Positions 11,951-25,648 of a stretch of DNA of 64,000 nucleotides are shown one piece after another. The notes beneath the pieces were generated by a model. It saw only the letters and a list, made by a program, of their open reading frames with translations. It did not search any database and had not been told where the DNA came from. The position numbers and the translations under genes were made by a program. The DNA comes from Octopus vulgaris. Its lineage: Eukaryota. The stretch is taken from the NCBI GenBank assembly GCA_951406725.2, contig OX597816.1, forward strand, positions 102,796,001 through 102,860,000, written 5' to 3'. Each line of letters opens with the position of its first letter. Position 1 is the stretch's first letter.

Positions 11951-12660
11951 AAAATTTGTCTGCTTCATTGTTTCTAGGGTTGTACGTTGATACCAATGGT
12001 AGTGTTTTGAGATGTGGTGTGGTGTTACATTTTGTTTCCCTTAGTATTTTAAGGCCTAATTTCTTGGCACGCTTAATTCCATCGTCTATAAGTAAGGGTG
12101 GATATTGTCCCTCAGTTAGTGTTGTTCTGAAGTCTTGAAGACGGAGTTCCTGAGTATTTCTATCAGACACTATTGTGCAAATCATCTCTCTCTATATAAA
12201 CGGCAGTTTGTCTGTGCGTGTTTCTGTGTGTCTGTTTGCTTGTACCCTCACCCTGACCACGGCTTTCAACCGATTCTGATGAAACTTGACACACACATAG
12301 CCCAATGTCATAATTCAAAACTAACGCAGCGAAAATTTTGAAAAGTTCCCCCAGTTCTGAAAAAAATCGATAAATTCGACATGGGGTCGAGAATCAGGAA
12401 TACGAACCACAAACTGTCTAGGGGACGCAACTCTACCTTTTTTAAATCTCAAAAAAAAATTTACCATCATTTTTTTCCATTTTTTTGCTATAATTCTCTA
12501 AAAATGCTTTATAGTTATTTCCCTTACAAACCTGAGCAACGCCGGGCGATACTGCTAGTTTTTATTAAATAAAAGGGGATATTCCCTTTTGATGTGAGCT
12601 AAACAGAAGATATTGTTTCGAGGACGTTGGCTTATGATAAATGACAGTTACGTAACTGAC
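11951..12660 (-). mobile_element. Penelope-like element RT C-terminal fragment, split by a Helitron insertion
   Basis: IYHKPTSSKQYLLFSSH..NIPFYLIK (12560-12655) continues as MICTIVSD...QYPPLLI...LPLVSTYNP (12184-11975). Confidence 0.82.
12185..12558 (+). mobile_element. Non-autonomous Helitron (374 bp)
   Basis: 5' TC (TCTCTCTCTATATAAA), 3' hairpin CCTGAGCAACGCCGGG then CTAG, inserted between A and T with no TSD. Confidence 0.85.
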
Positions 12661-12672
12661 ATTTATTATAAG

Positions 12673-12860
12673 CCAGTTTCATTTATTTGACTGCGGCCAT
12701 GCTGGAGCACCACTTTGAAGGGTTTTGGTCAAACAAATCTACCCCAGGCCCCTTTTTAAAGCCTGGTACTTATTCTATAGGTTTCTCTGCTAAGTTACGG
12801 GGACGTAAATACACCAACACCGATTGTCAAGCGGTGTTGGGGGACAAACACAGAAACGAA
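12673..12860 (-). mobile_element. SINE family B 3' half
   Basis: TTTGACTGCGGCCATGCTGGAGCACC..CTAAGTTACGGGGACGTAAA. Confidence 0.8.
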
Positions 12861-13011
12861 CACACATACATACGCACACACAAACACACACATATATGTA
12901 TACACACATACATATATATCTTTCTTTCCTTCTCTGGGCGACTTATTAATACTTTGCATGTACCATGTCCTCGCGTTGTTGTTTTTCTCTTGCCCTTTTT
13001 CTCCGTTTTTT

Positions 13012-13061
<50 letters not shown>

Positions 13062-13296
13062 CATATATATATATGTATGTATATATAAACATATATTTAT
13101 CTCTATCTATCTATCTATCTATTTATCTATCGAGCTAGCCATCATCCATTCATCTATGCATTTATGTATATATATATACATACAAACATATGTATATATA
13201 AATATATATATATACATACGAACATATGTATATATAAATATATATATATATACATACGAACATATATATATATAAATATATATATATATACATACG

Positions 13297-13347
<51 letters not shown>

Positions 13348-13593
13348 GTACATATATAAATACACACACACACACACACACACATATGCAATTTTATGTA
13401 TAGTATACAATATATAACTTTTATGTATAATCTATTTCACTTAATCTAATCTATTTCACATTTACATTATGAAGACTGATTATGTGAAATCGTATGCTGA
13501 AATAAATGTCGCTTTATCTAGCGAGAGTACTTTAGCTACTAAGGAATACACGCAGAGCTTTCATCGGATATCTTTTTAATAGTCAACTCGTTA

Positions 13594-13830
13594 ACTAGTT
13601 AATCAATTAAATAAGCAATTGATTTATTAATTGTTCGAGCAATCAATCAATCTGTCACGCCGGTTTCAAAACTCTGTGTTTGGAAACATTGCAACAGATA
13701 TAGATTAGTGAGGGCATGTCATTGACTGGGTAGCACGCGGACGACATGGATAGGTCGCTGAAAAACCAGTTAATCGATAATTTGATCGAACGATTAATGA
13801 AGCAATCAATTAGCTAATTAGTTAACTAGA
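13594..13830. repeat. Imperfect foldback element; part of it (13710-13810) recurs at 14589-14693
   Basis: CTAGTTAA..ATTAATTGTTCGAG versus TCGAACGATTAAT..TTAACTAG; the ~100 bp direct copy is visible downstream. Confidence 0.6.
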
Positions 13831-13953
13831 TTAGGAAAAGTAAAGAAAAAAGGAATAAAATAGAATAATTATGTTTTTTTTATTGATAAAATCATCCCCA
13901 CAAAATACAACCACAAATGTAATATATATTGCAAGTACGTTATATTTAACATA

Positions 13954-14050
13954 TGCGGGCGTAGTTGTGTTGCAAGAAGTTTGTTTTTCAATCACATGTT
14001 TCCGGGTTCAGTCCTATTGTTTGGCGCATTGGGTAAGTGTCTTCTACCCG
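13954..14050 (+). mobile_element. SINE family B head
   Basis: GCGTAGTTGTGTTGCAAGAAG..CCGGGTTCAGTCC..GGTAAGTGTCTTCTAC. Confidence 0.7.
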
Positions 14051-14059
14051 TAGCCTTGC

Positions 14060-16200
14060 GCCTGTACCTCTCACGGTGCAAATCACGTTAGATCTCGTTA
14101 AGCACTTGCCTTCTTGTATATCTCTCTTGGGATATTAATGACTTGGAGGGACGGCGTATTTCGTTTTGCAGCCATAATATACTATAAAATATAGTAAACA
14201 TTTTTATAAGTTAATACTGTGTGCTACTGTGTTAGCAGTGCTATTACATCACTTATTAAGGTTATTTCTATAGAAAATCTGTAGAGATAGCCTTAACAAA
14301 TCCTTTGAGATGGTGCTACATGCATGTGTTTAAGACATAGGACATATTCCACTGTTTGCCTTCGCAGAGTGGGCAAGTAGAGTAATGAAATACCTCTTCC
14401 CCACCCATTTCAGATTAGAGGACAAGAGATCACGCACAGATGTGAGGATGGAGCTGATTCTAAGGGGAACCATATGCTATGTCATTCTCCTATATTGTAC
14501 ATTGCTTCCTTTGGACTGCCTTCTGGATTCTCTTGGCATCGTCTTCTCTCCATAACAATGTTCCTCTGTGGCATCCCTTTCATCTTTCAGGGTATGTCAT
14601 TGACGGGGCAGCACGCGGATGACAAGGATAAGTCGCTGAAAAACCAGTTAATCGACAATTTGATCGAACGATTAATGAAGTAGTCAATCAGTTAGGTCCG
14701 GTTGGATCTGGTGTATTTGATAATCTTGTCATTTTCTGGTGCATTTGATAGTCTTGGTTTCAATTATTCCCACTGTGCTAATGCTCATATCCTATATAAG
14801 CAAGGACTAGCGGAGCTTTGGTGAATTACAATCTCTGGACTTTGTATTTGCCATAGAAGCCACATAAGTTTATTGCCTGCAAGCTGTTCTTTGACATTTG
14901 ATGGCTTAGTTTTCATTTTTTGTGTCATTAAAAGTTGTTATATCACCTTCCAAAGTTCTTGACTAATTATTCTACTATTGTTAGAATGGATTGGTTGGCT
15001 ACGGTGAACGAGACCTTATCCGCTACCTTCTCTTTCTGCTGTGAGAAGGCCTGTGACATCTTAGGTTAGACGCTTATTTTAGATGAGGTGACAACATCAT
15101 ATAATTGCTTCAGTATCCCGTATATCTCGTCTTCCGATGTGGACGGAACTGTAGTGTTATCGATAAAGGCTTTTAGAGGGGGCCATCAGTACACATTTTC
15201 AAGATCTGCCGGACATGAATAATTCATCAATGCTTTCTATATGATCGCCATTGCCAACACACAATGTCGAAGGAATGGCACAGCCCATTGCTATGTCAAC
15301 TTTCAGATTGACCCAGTCTGTTACAAAATGGAAAAACGCATCGAAAAGCCATGAAAGTATTTTATGAAAATATGTTGGCTGTTCTTTGGAATGTGATACA
15401 TCTCAAAAGCCAGCTGAATCATCTTGTGCGGAACTGATCTGTAGGAATTTGCTAGATCGAGCCCTCGATGTCCTCTTCTTTAGCTCTCTGTATTACTTGC
15501 CAAATCACCGAAGCGTGCTCCATACCTTTTTTCTGAAGTGACATATCCAAATATGTATTAGCTGTGATGTATTTTATTAGCATTGTTACTATAACAGAGA
15601 ACATTTTCGGTTCAACATTTACAAATGATATTGGTCTGAACTGATTGATGTTATACGAATTCTGTTCTTTGGGAATATATACTTCGTCAGATATCATCCA
15701 CTGGTTGTTGATCTTCATGTCCTTCCATGCTGAAGTTTTTGCAATCACAAACGAACATTGGAACACTTTTTGATGGAGCTGATAGGGAATTCCATTTGAC
15801 TCTGGCGTTTTAAACTACTTTCTATTTTTCACCCAGTGTTGATGGCTTACAATTGAACATTTCCTCTGGTATTGCTGGGCACATCAGGCCCTTGATCTCA
15901 AATGATGCTTTCCAAAGAGATGCTTGAGATGCTGTTCATGAGTTTCTTCATCTACTGTACCACAGATTGGCTGCTCGAATAATTTGTTGGCAAACTGAAA
16001 AGTGTCTCTATAGAAGTGATCGTGGCTCTTCTCTTTACTCATCCACCACGCTGATTCTACTTTGCTGAAGACATTGTGTCTTACTTTTAGGCCTTTCCAG
16101 AACTTTTCCAGCCGTTGAATCGCAAAATATAGCCAAACAGTTATTCCTTTAGATACGGTCAAAGTAAAGAATCTTTGATGTGTCCACCTAACCATGACGC
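14060..16200 (-). mobile_element. Hero-clade (RLE-type) non-LTR retrotransposon remnant
   Basis: YIPKEQNSYNINQFRPISFVNVE..YLDMSLQK..EHASVIWQVIQRAK (ORF 15452-15766), DLANSYRSVPH, IAMGCA, AFIDN, and CPLC..VLNTC knuckle near 14320-14380. Confidence 0.78.
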
Positions 16201-16919
16201 CCTGATTGCTCGAAATACATTTAGAATTTAGTTGGCACGCTCACCAATCCGTGACATCTAAGCCACACGGTCACTAGTCAAAATACATTTCGTAAACTTC
16301 AGCCTGCTGGAGCCCATTGGATGGTATTTAAAGGATAAAGCCAACCAATTCGCTACAGTTGTCAATTGTAACATAGGTTGCTAACAGGGCTTTTCAACCC
16401 AGACTCAATTGTGGAACACGACTGTCACTACATATATATTTAAATGTATGTATGTGTGATGTATTTATGTATGCATCTCTCTGTCTATTTGCTTGTCTGT
16501 CTGTCTATATACATATATATTTGAGGTATATTCCTTTAGGAACGTAGCAGATTTCGTAACATGAAGAACGGATAAAAAATCGGATAATACCAAGATAAAC
16601 ATCCAATAGATCCAATACCACTCATAGCAGGAAAACATAAGCAAGTTAACAGCAAGCGGAATGAAACTGCCAGCATCCACTAAACTCAAACAAGGCAGAT
16701 GAATATGTTAGCATCGAAGTCGAAGTTTTTTTTAACTAATGGCGACGGCAATTGCATATCACCTGAGGAAATACAACTGGATTCCATTATACAGGTAAAT
16801 GGTTGCATAATCAAATACCTGTATATATGAAGAACTATGATGTATGGAAACATTTGTAGTGATTAAAAAATAACTGTCCAACCGTACTCCTTCATCTTTA
16901 CTATATCTCATACAATTAT

Positions 16920-16936
16920 CTATGTGTGTGAGTCTT

Positions 16937-16970
<34 letters not shown>

Positions 16971-16973
16971 CAC

Positions 16974-17004
<31 letters not shown>

Positions 17005-17354
17005 CACTCACACACACACATATATATATATACATATATATATATGTATATAAATATATATATACATATATACATACATATATATATATACTTATACATA
17101 CATGCATATATACATACATATACATACATGCATATATATACATATACATACATGCATATATATACATATACATACATGCATAAATATACATATACATACA
17201 TATATATATATATATGCATACATATATATATATGCATACATATATATATACATACATATATAAATACATATATACCTACATATATAAATACATATATACC
17301 TACATATATATACATACATATATACATACATATATATATATATACATATATAAA

Positions 17355-17386
<32 letters not shown>

Positions 17387-17618
17387 CATATATAAATACA
17401 TACATATATACATATATATATATATACATATATAAATACATACATATATATATACATATATAAATACATACATATATACATACATATATATATATACATA
17501 TATAAATACATACATATATACATACATATATATATACACATATATAAATACATACATATATACATACATATATATATACACATATATAAATACATACATA
17601 CATACATATATAAATACA

Positions 17619-17650
<32 letters not shown>

Positions 17651-17701
17651 CATATATAAATACATACATATATACATACATATATATACATATATAAATA
17701 C

Positions 17702-17732
<31 letters not shown>

Positions 17733-18018
17733 CATATATATATATACATATATATATACATATATATATACATATATATATATATATGCATACATATATA
17801 TATATGTACATACATACATATATACATATACATACATATATACATATACATACATACATATATATACATATTATTATATTCACACATATATATATATACA
17901 CATACATATACACATATATGCATGCATATATATAAATACATACATATATACATACATATATATATATATATATACATGCACATATATACATATACACACA
18001 CACATATATATATATATC
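16920..18018. repeat. ~1.1 kb compound (TA)n/(TACA)n microsatellite with higher-order periodicity
   Basis: Directly visible; recurring TATATAAATACATACATATATAC blocks. Confidence 0.95.
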
Positions 18019-18439
18019 ATGGATTCGGAGGTTTCGGCAGATGATTTGTTTAAATAAGCTTACTCCCTCCATCAAATCGACATTACCTGTACAGGTGTAT
18101 GGTGTGCCACACCTCAGGTGACGTAATATAGTGACGTACAGCATGTCTTGTACCTTTTTTTTAGATGTAGCAAAAGTACATGTTAGCATTATTAAGATAT
18201 TTCAATCCCGAACAACATATGATACACTGTAAGCCTCAAGTGGGGCCTACAAAGGATTTCCGTTCCATGTCCAGGGCGGAACTGAAGTAGCAGACTGACA
18301 TCAAAGATCATATCCAGAGAGAGTTTATCGGTTGTCTCGCACCCCCAAATTAATGGACTAATTCCAGTCACTGATCTTGGTCAGTACCTTCAGTAAGTTC
18401 AAAATAGTTAAGTTACATACATAGTAGAATTATAGAAGC

Positions 18440-19260
18440 AATAGGAAAAGCTCTATTACTTTTTATACCTAAGTAGAATATAAAGCCCAAAAGATTGTCT
18501 ATAGACAGCCTTGCAATGCGATAAAGATCAGTAAGGACATTTAATCAAATCAATATCACAGATCAAGCATTTAATCAACAACAACCTGTATTTTCGTGAA
18601 ATAAAGGATGGTTTGAAACTTTTAAATATTAAAGCTTTCTGCGGAATATCAACTTATACAGTGGAAATGGATCAGATGATGAACTAATTGCCGAAAAAAA
18701 AACCTGTTTTACAATTCGCTTAAATAATTAATAATATGTTCCTAATCTTTATTACAAGTATGTAATAAAGGTGGCAGTGAACGAGTGAAGGGATGAAACT
18801 AATCTGTTCTTGAAGAAATTGCTAAAGAGAATTTTTATAGCAAGAACAGAATAACCGGTTAAAGGATTCAAAAAGTCTGATTATATTACTATTATGTTGT
18901 AATGCATCCGGTGGCTGTTTCATGAAGACATTATTGAATAGTAGAGCTCTTAATCCACTTGCAATGAAAAGACTGAATTTAAATACCCTCCCCAGTTCAT
19001 TGAAATGCAAATAAAAATATCAATGAATGACTACTGCAATATTTGAAAACTCATTTTACCAAAACTTTGGTGAAATTTATAAAAAAGAAAATAATTGACT
19101 TAAAAATTGATAACGTTCCATCATATTCCTTTGTTTTATAACGCCTTCATGTTAAAGTTCTTTTCTTGTCACCCAGTGTCATACCATTAGATCAAGGCAT
19201 AATTAGTAATTTTAAAACTAATTATGTTATGCATTCATACAAAAAATACTGCATGAAATG
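18440..19260 (+). mobile_element. pogo/Tigger transposase remnant (CENP-B HTH plus DDE_1 region)
   Basis: Manual translation: KGWFETFK (18603-18626), NPLAMKRLNLNTLPVH*NANK..MTTAIFE, DNVPS..VKVLFLSPSVIPLDQGIISNFKTNY (~19110-19226). Confidence 0.78.
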
Positions 19261-19674
19261 GCAGAAAACCAGCTTACTCTTCCAGAAATGAAATATTCTG
19301 TGTAGTGTGAAGATAACTGACACATATTTGGATATACCACATGAAATGTTTTTCGATGTGAATCGTTTTCGAGTTATGATAATAGATATTAAAAAAGTAG
19401 CTAGGGGTAAATTTATTTTCTATTACTTGTCTAGTTCTTGTATTCATTTGGATTTACCATCCTCCATGTGATGTTTTTTGCTTCTAAGGATTGCTTCGAA
19501 GGATTGTTTCTGTGTCCCTTCTTTAATACGGTGACTTTGAAGTAGTAGGGCTCCTTTTTTATACGGAATAAAATTAAGGTATGATAAAACTGATGGCAAG
19601 TAACAATTGGGGAAAGTTTTCACAGGTACGCGAAGTGGAATTTCCTTTACTAAGAGAGGGAGAGAGAGAGGAGG

Positions 19675-19722
<48 letters not shown>

Positions 19723-19753
19723 AAGAAAGAGAGAGAGAGACAAGAAGAGAGAG

Positions 19754-20020
19754 TGTTGTAACGTAATTTGTTACGTACTATAAATAAGATAACCAGACAA
19801 CAGTAAAAGCAATGTAATGAACTAACAAATCTCTTTACGAACCAACATTCAATATTTCTTGTGAACTAACCAACCGACACCTTCCGTATCCACTGCGAAC
19901 TAATACGAACTTCACTCGACTCTGAACTCTGAACATTGAACTCACCTGGATCATTACTATTTATACTTTATTGGACCAGTCTATCTCTCGCAAGGGGGCG
20001 TCGTAATACTCATCACAACA
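19754..20020 (-). repeat. 3' LTR (267 bp) with adjacent polypurine tract
   Basis: TGTTGT...ACAACA termini; minus-strand AAAAAGAAAGA immediately precedes it (20021-20031). Confidence 0.9.
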
Positions 20021-23000
20021 TCTTTCTTTTTGAGATTTCGACTACTGTGAGAAAGTGGAATTGCTTTTATTTGTTTCTCTTTCCAGCACCTCACCCTCAT
20101 GTTTTTCTTTTTAGCTGCTCTACCTTAATTGTTACTCGATTTTAAAGGTAGTATTGTTCGTTGCACACAGCACTTTTTCTTTTCGTTGTACTAAGTACTC
20201 TTGTTAGCACCTTAGGTCTTTTAGCTTTTGAAAATTTAATATCTTTTTCGTTTAGGTATTACTTCTAGATATTCAGTTAGTTTTCGTTTTCTGAAGCTAG
20301 TTCTACTGGGTTCAATATCTCTCGTTGCTGACACTTCAAATATATCATAGAAGATCTCCATTGGTATAACCCTTCGTTCTTCTGTATGTTTCATCTTTAA
20401 CTATTAAAGGTGTATCTTATATTTCGAACATTGTCCATTAATTAAATACATCATGTTACCTAATCTTTTGATCACATAACCGTCCTCCAAACCTTCTTTA
20501 CCATTTTTGTAATTTTTAAAATGAACTTTATCTCTTATTTCGAAATGTTTTGTAATATTTCTTGTATTTCCTTCAAATATATTTTTTGTCTTTCCTGTAT
20601 ATGGAGTTTTTTCCTGGCAATTTATCGAAAGTCGATATTATTTTACGCGCGAACATTAACTCTGCTGGTGACTTCCCTGAATTAGTATTTAGATTTGGCA
20701 TTATTCTATATACTCTCAAAAATTTAGTTAGTGTCTCGTCATTATCAAGCTCGTTCTTAGTTTTTTTAGAGCTCTTTTGAACGTGTTGACAAATCTTTCC
20801 ACTTGCCCATTTGACCTCGAGTGGTAGTACCCTGGGGGTAAAGATGTGCTTTATGGCATGTATTTTGCAGAAATTTCTTCATTCATATCCTGCGAATTGT
20901 GTTCCGTTATCTGAAACTAACGTGGCAGGTATCGAGTAGGAATTTTATTGTTGTCTTTGCTGTGGATTTATTACATCTGCATACCTCTGGCCACTTTGTA
21001 TAGCTATTCACAACAATTAGATAGTATGCACTGTTCACTAGCCCAGCGTAGTCAATATGAATCCTGGACCATGGGCTCTCATTCTCCTGTCACTATTGGT
21101 ATTTTACTGGTGTTGGTTTGGTTGCCAACGCGCAACCTCTACATGCTTTCACCAATTTCTCGATGTCCCTGTCCATAGTCGGCCAATATACAAAGCTCCC
21201 CATTAAAAAGTTTCATTCTGGACATACCCGGGTACCCACAGTGGAATTGTTGCAATACTTGTTTCTGTAGTGCACTTAGTACTACTATTCTCTGCACGTA
21301 CATTAAGACATCGTCGCATGGTGAGAAAATATTTGAACTTGCATTTTTACTATGTCAATTTTTCAATGTTTCTTTCATTCTTGTAATGTAACTATCCTCT
21401 ACAGATTTCATTTTTATATCATGCGCTGTCACCGGCACTTCCTGGATTATATTACACACAATACTTCCTAGTTAATTTTCTGACTGTAATGACACTATCA
21501 CGGGCTCTTCCAGCAGTTCTACACTTTTGGGAGTTAGACTTAATAAGCAGTGGGACTAATTTTCTGCATCTTAAAATTGTAGTTCAGCAATATTGTACCC
21601 CAGCGTTGCAGACGGTTCGCTGTATGTATATACAATCCCTTCTTTGATCCAAAAATCGATAGTAATGGTCGAAGGTCGGTTTGCAACAAAAAAAAACCTA
21701 AAAAACTTCTATCATGTAGAAATTTGTGAAATCTTTTTACCGCAAAAATAATCGATAGAGCCTCCTTCTCTATCTGACTATACTTTGTTGCGCTGCTATC
21801 ACTGAAGTATGCACTACTGGCTTCATATTTCCATCTTAATACTTGTGTAGCAAGACTGCTCCTGTTCCATACTTCGAAGCATCAGACGCTACAACAATGT
21901 CCATTCTAGGATCGAAATGCGCTGATGACCAGTCAGAAATTAGTATTTTCTTTATGTCTTCAAATGTGTTTTGGCACTTTACTGACCAATTCCATTTTAC
22001 TTCTTTTTTTAAGAACTAGTTTAATGGTGTTCTCAATTTATGTATATTTGGAATGTACTGTTGATAGTAATTTACGAGGGCAAGGAAAGCTTGCAACGCC
22101 GGTATATTCGTTGGAGGAGGCATATTCTTGATTGCATCTGCCGTCAACGGGTCAGGACGTCTTCCATTTTTAGCTATGATTTGACCTAAGTATTTGATTT
22201 TAGACAAAAATATCCACACTTCTCTTCATTGAGTGTGAAACCACAATCCTTAATGTTTTTAAAGACACACTTCACGTGTTCCATATGCTCATTACACGAT
22301 TTGCTTTTGGTTAACATGTCATCAAGATAAAGAATAGCAAATCGACAATATAGCGTCCATCACATATTGAAATATTGCAGGTACAATCTTCAGGCCAAAA
22401 AGTAGTCTATTGTATTTGCGTAGACCTCTGTGCATGTTGGCCGTTTTTTTTTGATCTGTAGTTATGCGTTCAACAGATCGAGTTTTGAAAATACTTTTCC
22501 TCCGTTTAGTTTTGTAAAAATATCTTCTAGTGTCGGTAGTGGATAATGGTTCATTTTTAAACAGTCATTTAAACCGGTCGAAAAATCGGCACACAACCTA
22601 ATTTTTTTTCTTTTTTTATACATACAGTCGGAGCTGCCCATTTCGCATAATCTACTTTTTCAACGATTCCGTTTTTTTCCAATTTGTCCAACTCATCGTC
22701 CACTTGTTTTATTGCCGCAAAACGTACTTTCCTATTAGGCTTGAACATAGGTGTAACGTTATCATCTAATTCAAAATACGCTTCAGTCTTTGTGCACAGA
22801 CCTGGTTTATCCGAGAATACTTGCGGAAACATTAAACAAAAATTTCTCTTTAACTCTTCTGACGAATTATTTTTAGATGGATAACCATTTGTGTTTTTAC
22901 AATATAGGTTTATGGGGCGGTCCTATAAATCGAATAATTCTAACCAATTGGTACCAAACTGATCGGCTGCATTTTTAATGACGAAAACTTTCGCTTTGCA

Positions 23001-24220
23001 TGTTTTCCCTCGAAATATGACATTAGTCCACATTTCGCCTATGAAATGTAATTTGTCGCCCGTCACGCTACGAGCAGATTTCTCAACATAGGTTTCCCTA
23101 TTTTCTTCCATGTGTCAATATTTATTATTGAAATATCACTTCCATTATCCAATTGAAGATTAATATGTATTCCATTTATTTTAACATGTACGAATTTTCT
23201 TATTTGGGAGTCCATTTTTGTTTCTGCTGAAACAAATCCCATTCTAGGATTTTTAACGTTTGACTTTCCTAATTTTGTTCTGCAGTGTGAACTTTTGTGA
23301 CCAATTCTTTTACAACTGTAACATTTTTGATTTTTATACGGGCAGTTTTTTCTCAAATGTCCCCCATCCATAGCATGGATTAGGACGTGGCGCTCTTTTT
23401 TGGTTGTACATTTCTAGTCGGCATATCTATATTTTTGAGGAATCCTCTTCTTGAATTTTTTCTACATCGTGTTTCGGGTTTAACATCCTTTGGCATTTTT
23501 CTGCCACGGACTTTAAGGTTAGAACTTGGTTCGCTTGTTCCAGTTTAGAAAGAATTTTTGCCGAATTTCTGTATCTTCGCTTGCTGTAAGGCCTTGTACG
23601 AAAATAAGACACTTGAACATCTCAGGTGTAAGTTCTTTGAGTTTAAAACTATCTCATCCTGTTGACTGTTCCTACGTATGTGATAAAATCATCATCCATT
23701 TTCGTTATAGTCCAACACGCCATTCGAGTGTTAAATAGAGAAGTTTTATCACCGAATATGTTAGACAGTAATATTATGATTTCTTTAAAACAAATTTGAT
23801 TAGGTTTTTTGGGGGATACTATGAAATTAAAGTAAAGTTCATGCTCTAACGGAGCTAATTTTCGCAATAACAATCTCACTTTTTGTTCTTTCGACCATGA
23901 TTTGCAGTCGTGCTTAAAAATCTCCTCGTACCTTCTGTAGTACGATGCAAAAGTTATACCCTCCTCTGGGTTATAACTGAATTCATTAATCGAGTTCGAA
24001 ACATCGTCTGGCGAAATCGAGCTTACCTCATTTTTGGACTACTTTGAATATAGTTCGAATAATTGTTGTTATAGTTGTTGCTGTAATAGCTAATTCTGCA
24101 ACTCCTGTTGCTGCTCTTGTTGTTACTTTTGTAACTGTACTATGGAAGCTAATAGGTCTTCCATTATTTAACAAGTTGTATCCCGAACAAAATGTTAAAT
24201 AACCTACGTGAGCTTCGAAA

Positions 24221-24324
24221 CCCTCGTCGCCAGATGTTGTAACATAATTTGTTACGTACAATAAATAAGATAACCAGACAACAGTTAAAAGAATGTAACA
24301 GACTAACACATCTCTTTACGAACC
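24221..24324 (-). repeat. Truncated 5' LTR (24235-24324) and primer-binding site TGGCGACGAGG
   Basis: About 90 bp match to 19754-19843; the PBS is complementary to the 3' end of eukaryotic tRNA-Ser(GCU). Confidence 0.85.
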
Positions 24325-24599
24325 TGTTGATGTGAAATGGTACACCTCTTCCCACGTGACAAGTGATCCAACCACTATGAATTCAGGCATCAGCCGTTGT
24401 AGGAGATCATTAGTAGTAGAGTCTTTTTCTGTTCGTTTCATCAATTTTGATCCCTGTGAGTCACATTGTTATATATTTACTGAAGGTCTCCTGTAAGGGT
24501 GAACCTACTTGTTAAACATCATTGTTAAATTGTTGGAATGCTGTTCCTGTTTTTTTTTGCCTGTGAAATTGTTATTGTTTTATTCCCCATTTATGGGTG

Positions 24600-25090
24600 A
24601 AGTAGAGAAAAAGCAAAGGATGGAGTGCGAACCAGTTCCAGCCGGCAGCTATGCTTCAGCCACTGGAAGAAATTTGACGTGTTATAGGCACGCGAGATAA
24701 AAATGGAGTAGAGGGAGCTGAAGAAATTCAACAGACTCATAGAGAAGAATGGAACTAGTTTGAGGTAGACACCGCCAGAAAATTTAACAGCGAGCGTGAT
24801 GGAGCGCAGAGTGGTGTATAGAACGCTGTCCACAACATCGGAAAAATTAGAAATAGCCGCAGTAGAGGCTATAGAGGAATGCTTAAAGGAGGTAAAAAAC
24901 CTCACAACATTTTATACGAGTGGAAGTAAGGTTTGCTAGTGAACAAGAAGCGATAAACCACTCCACTGTGGCACTAAGGACACGAGAGTGGATACTTCTG
25001 CCGACTTACTGTGGCAAACAAGTGGCCAGGGTAAGGATTGGCAGAGTACCCCCGGAGATTGAGGAGGCGTGGCTGGTGGTAGCCTCGAAG
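24600..25090 (+). mobile_element. Probable L1/Tx1-type LINE ORF1 5' fragment
   Basis: Coding-like, GC-richer peptide VEVRFASEQEA..REWILLPTYCGKQVARVRIGRVPPEIEEAWLV with frameshifts; family call is by resemblance only. Confidence 0.5.
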
Positions 25091-25450
25091 TTGCCATCCA
25101 AGTTAGTTTACAAGACTTGCACAAGATAGCGAAGGAGGTAATATAAGATATATATAAAAGAATGGATAATTGCAATTATTATTTGTCCCTCCGAAAAATT
25201 TATTGATAATATAAATATTTCAGCTTTAATCAGCTTTAAAAGTTTGTGTATAGGCCATTATACAGGCGGAAATAGATTTTCGTAGTTTCAACTTTCTTAT
25301 TCTGTGTTTCAATATGAACATGTAATTTTATCTCATTTCACGGTCTATATATTCTGGGAGACGGTTAGAAACATATAAAAGAATTCGATAAAAATCTATT
25401 ATTTACTATAAAGATTAGTACAGTAACACTTCTATATATTAAAGAGTTTA

Positions 25451-25648
25451 TGGCAAAGAGCTGGCAGAATCCTTGTTAGCATGCCAGACAAAATTCTCAG
25501 TGGCATTTCTTCTAGCTTTACGTTCTTAGTTCAAATACTGCCACGGTCGACATTGCTTTTCATCCTTTCGGAGTCGATAAAATAGGTACCAGCTGAGTAC
25601 TGGAGTTGTTGTAATCAACTTACTCTTCCCCTGAAATTGCTGGCTTTA
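25451..25648 (+). mobile_element. SINE family A copy
   Basis: Matches family A consensus. Confidence 0.82.

Larger units (their letters stand above)
19754..24324 (-). mobile_element. Near full-length decayed Ty3/gypsy (Mag-like) LTR retrotransposon
   Basis: gag with double knuckle (GGHLRKNCPYKNQKCYSCKRIGHKSSHC), protease QLDNGSDISII, RT (WAAPTV, NHYPLPT, YLDDM), RNase H (DASKYG, YSQIEKEALSIIFAVK), integrase (VSDNGTQF); LTRs, PBS and PPT present; many stops and frameshifts. Confidence 0.95.

Noticed and set aside
16916-18189. Long ORFs (up to 365 aa) of Y/I/M/C/V/H/T, and similar ORFs across the window
   Set aside because: They are translations of (TA)n/(TACA)n/(CA)n/(GA)n microsatellites, open in several frames on both strands.
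18020-18340. FLDVAK-like RT motif
   Set aside because: A single short motif with no collinear support.
21923-21950. CTGATGA..GAAA hammerhead-like string (also at ~1775, ~11685 and 39422 minus)
   Set aside because: No supporting stems; most lie within transposon coding sequence and are expected by chance.
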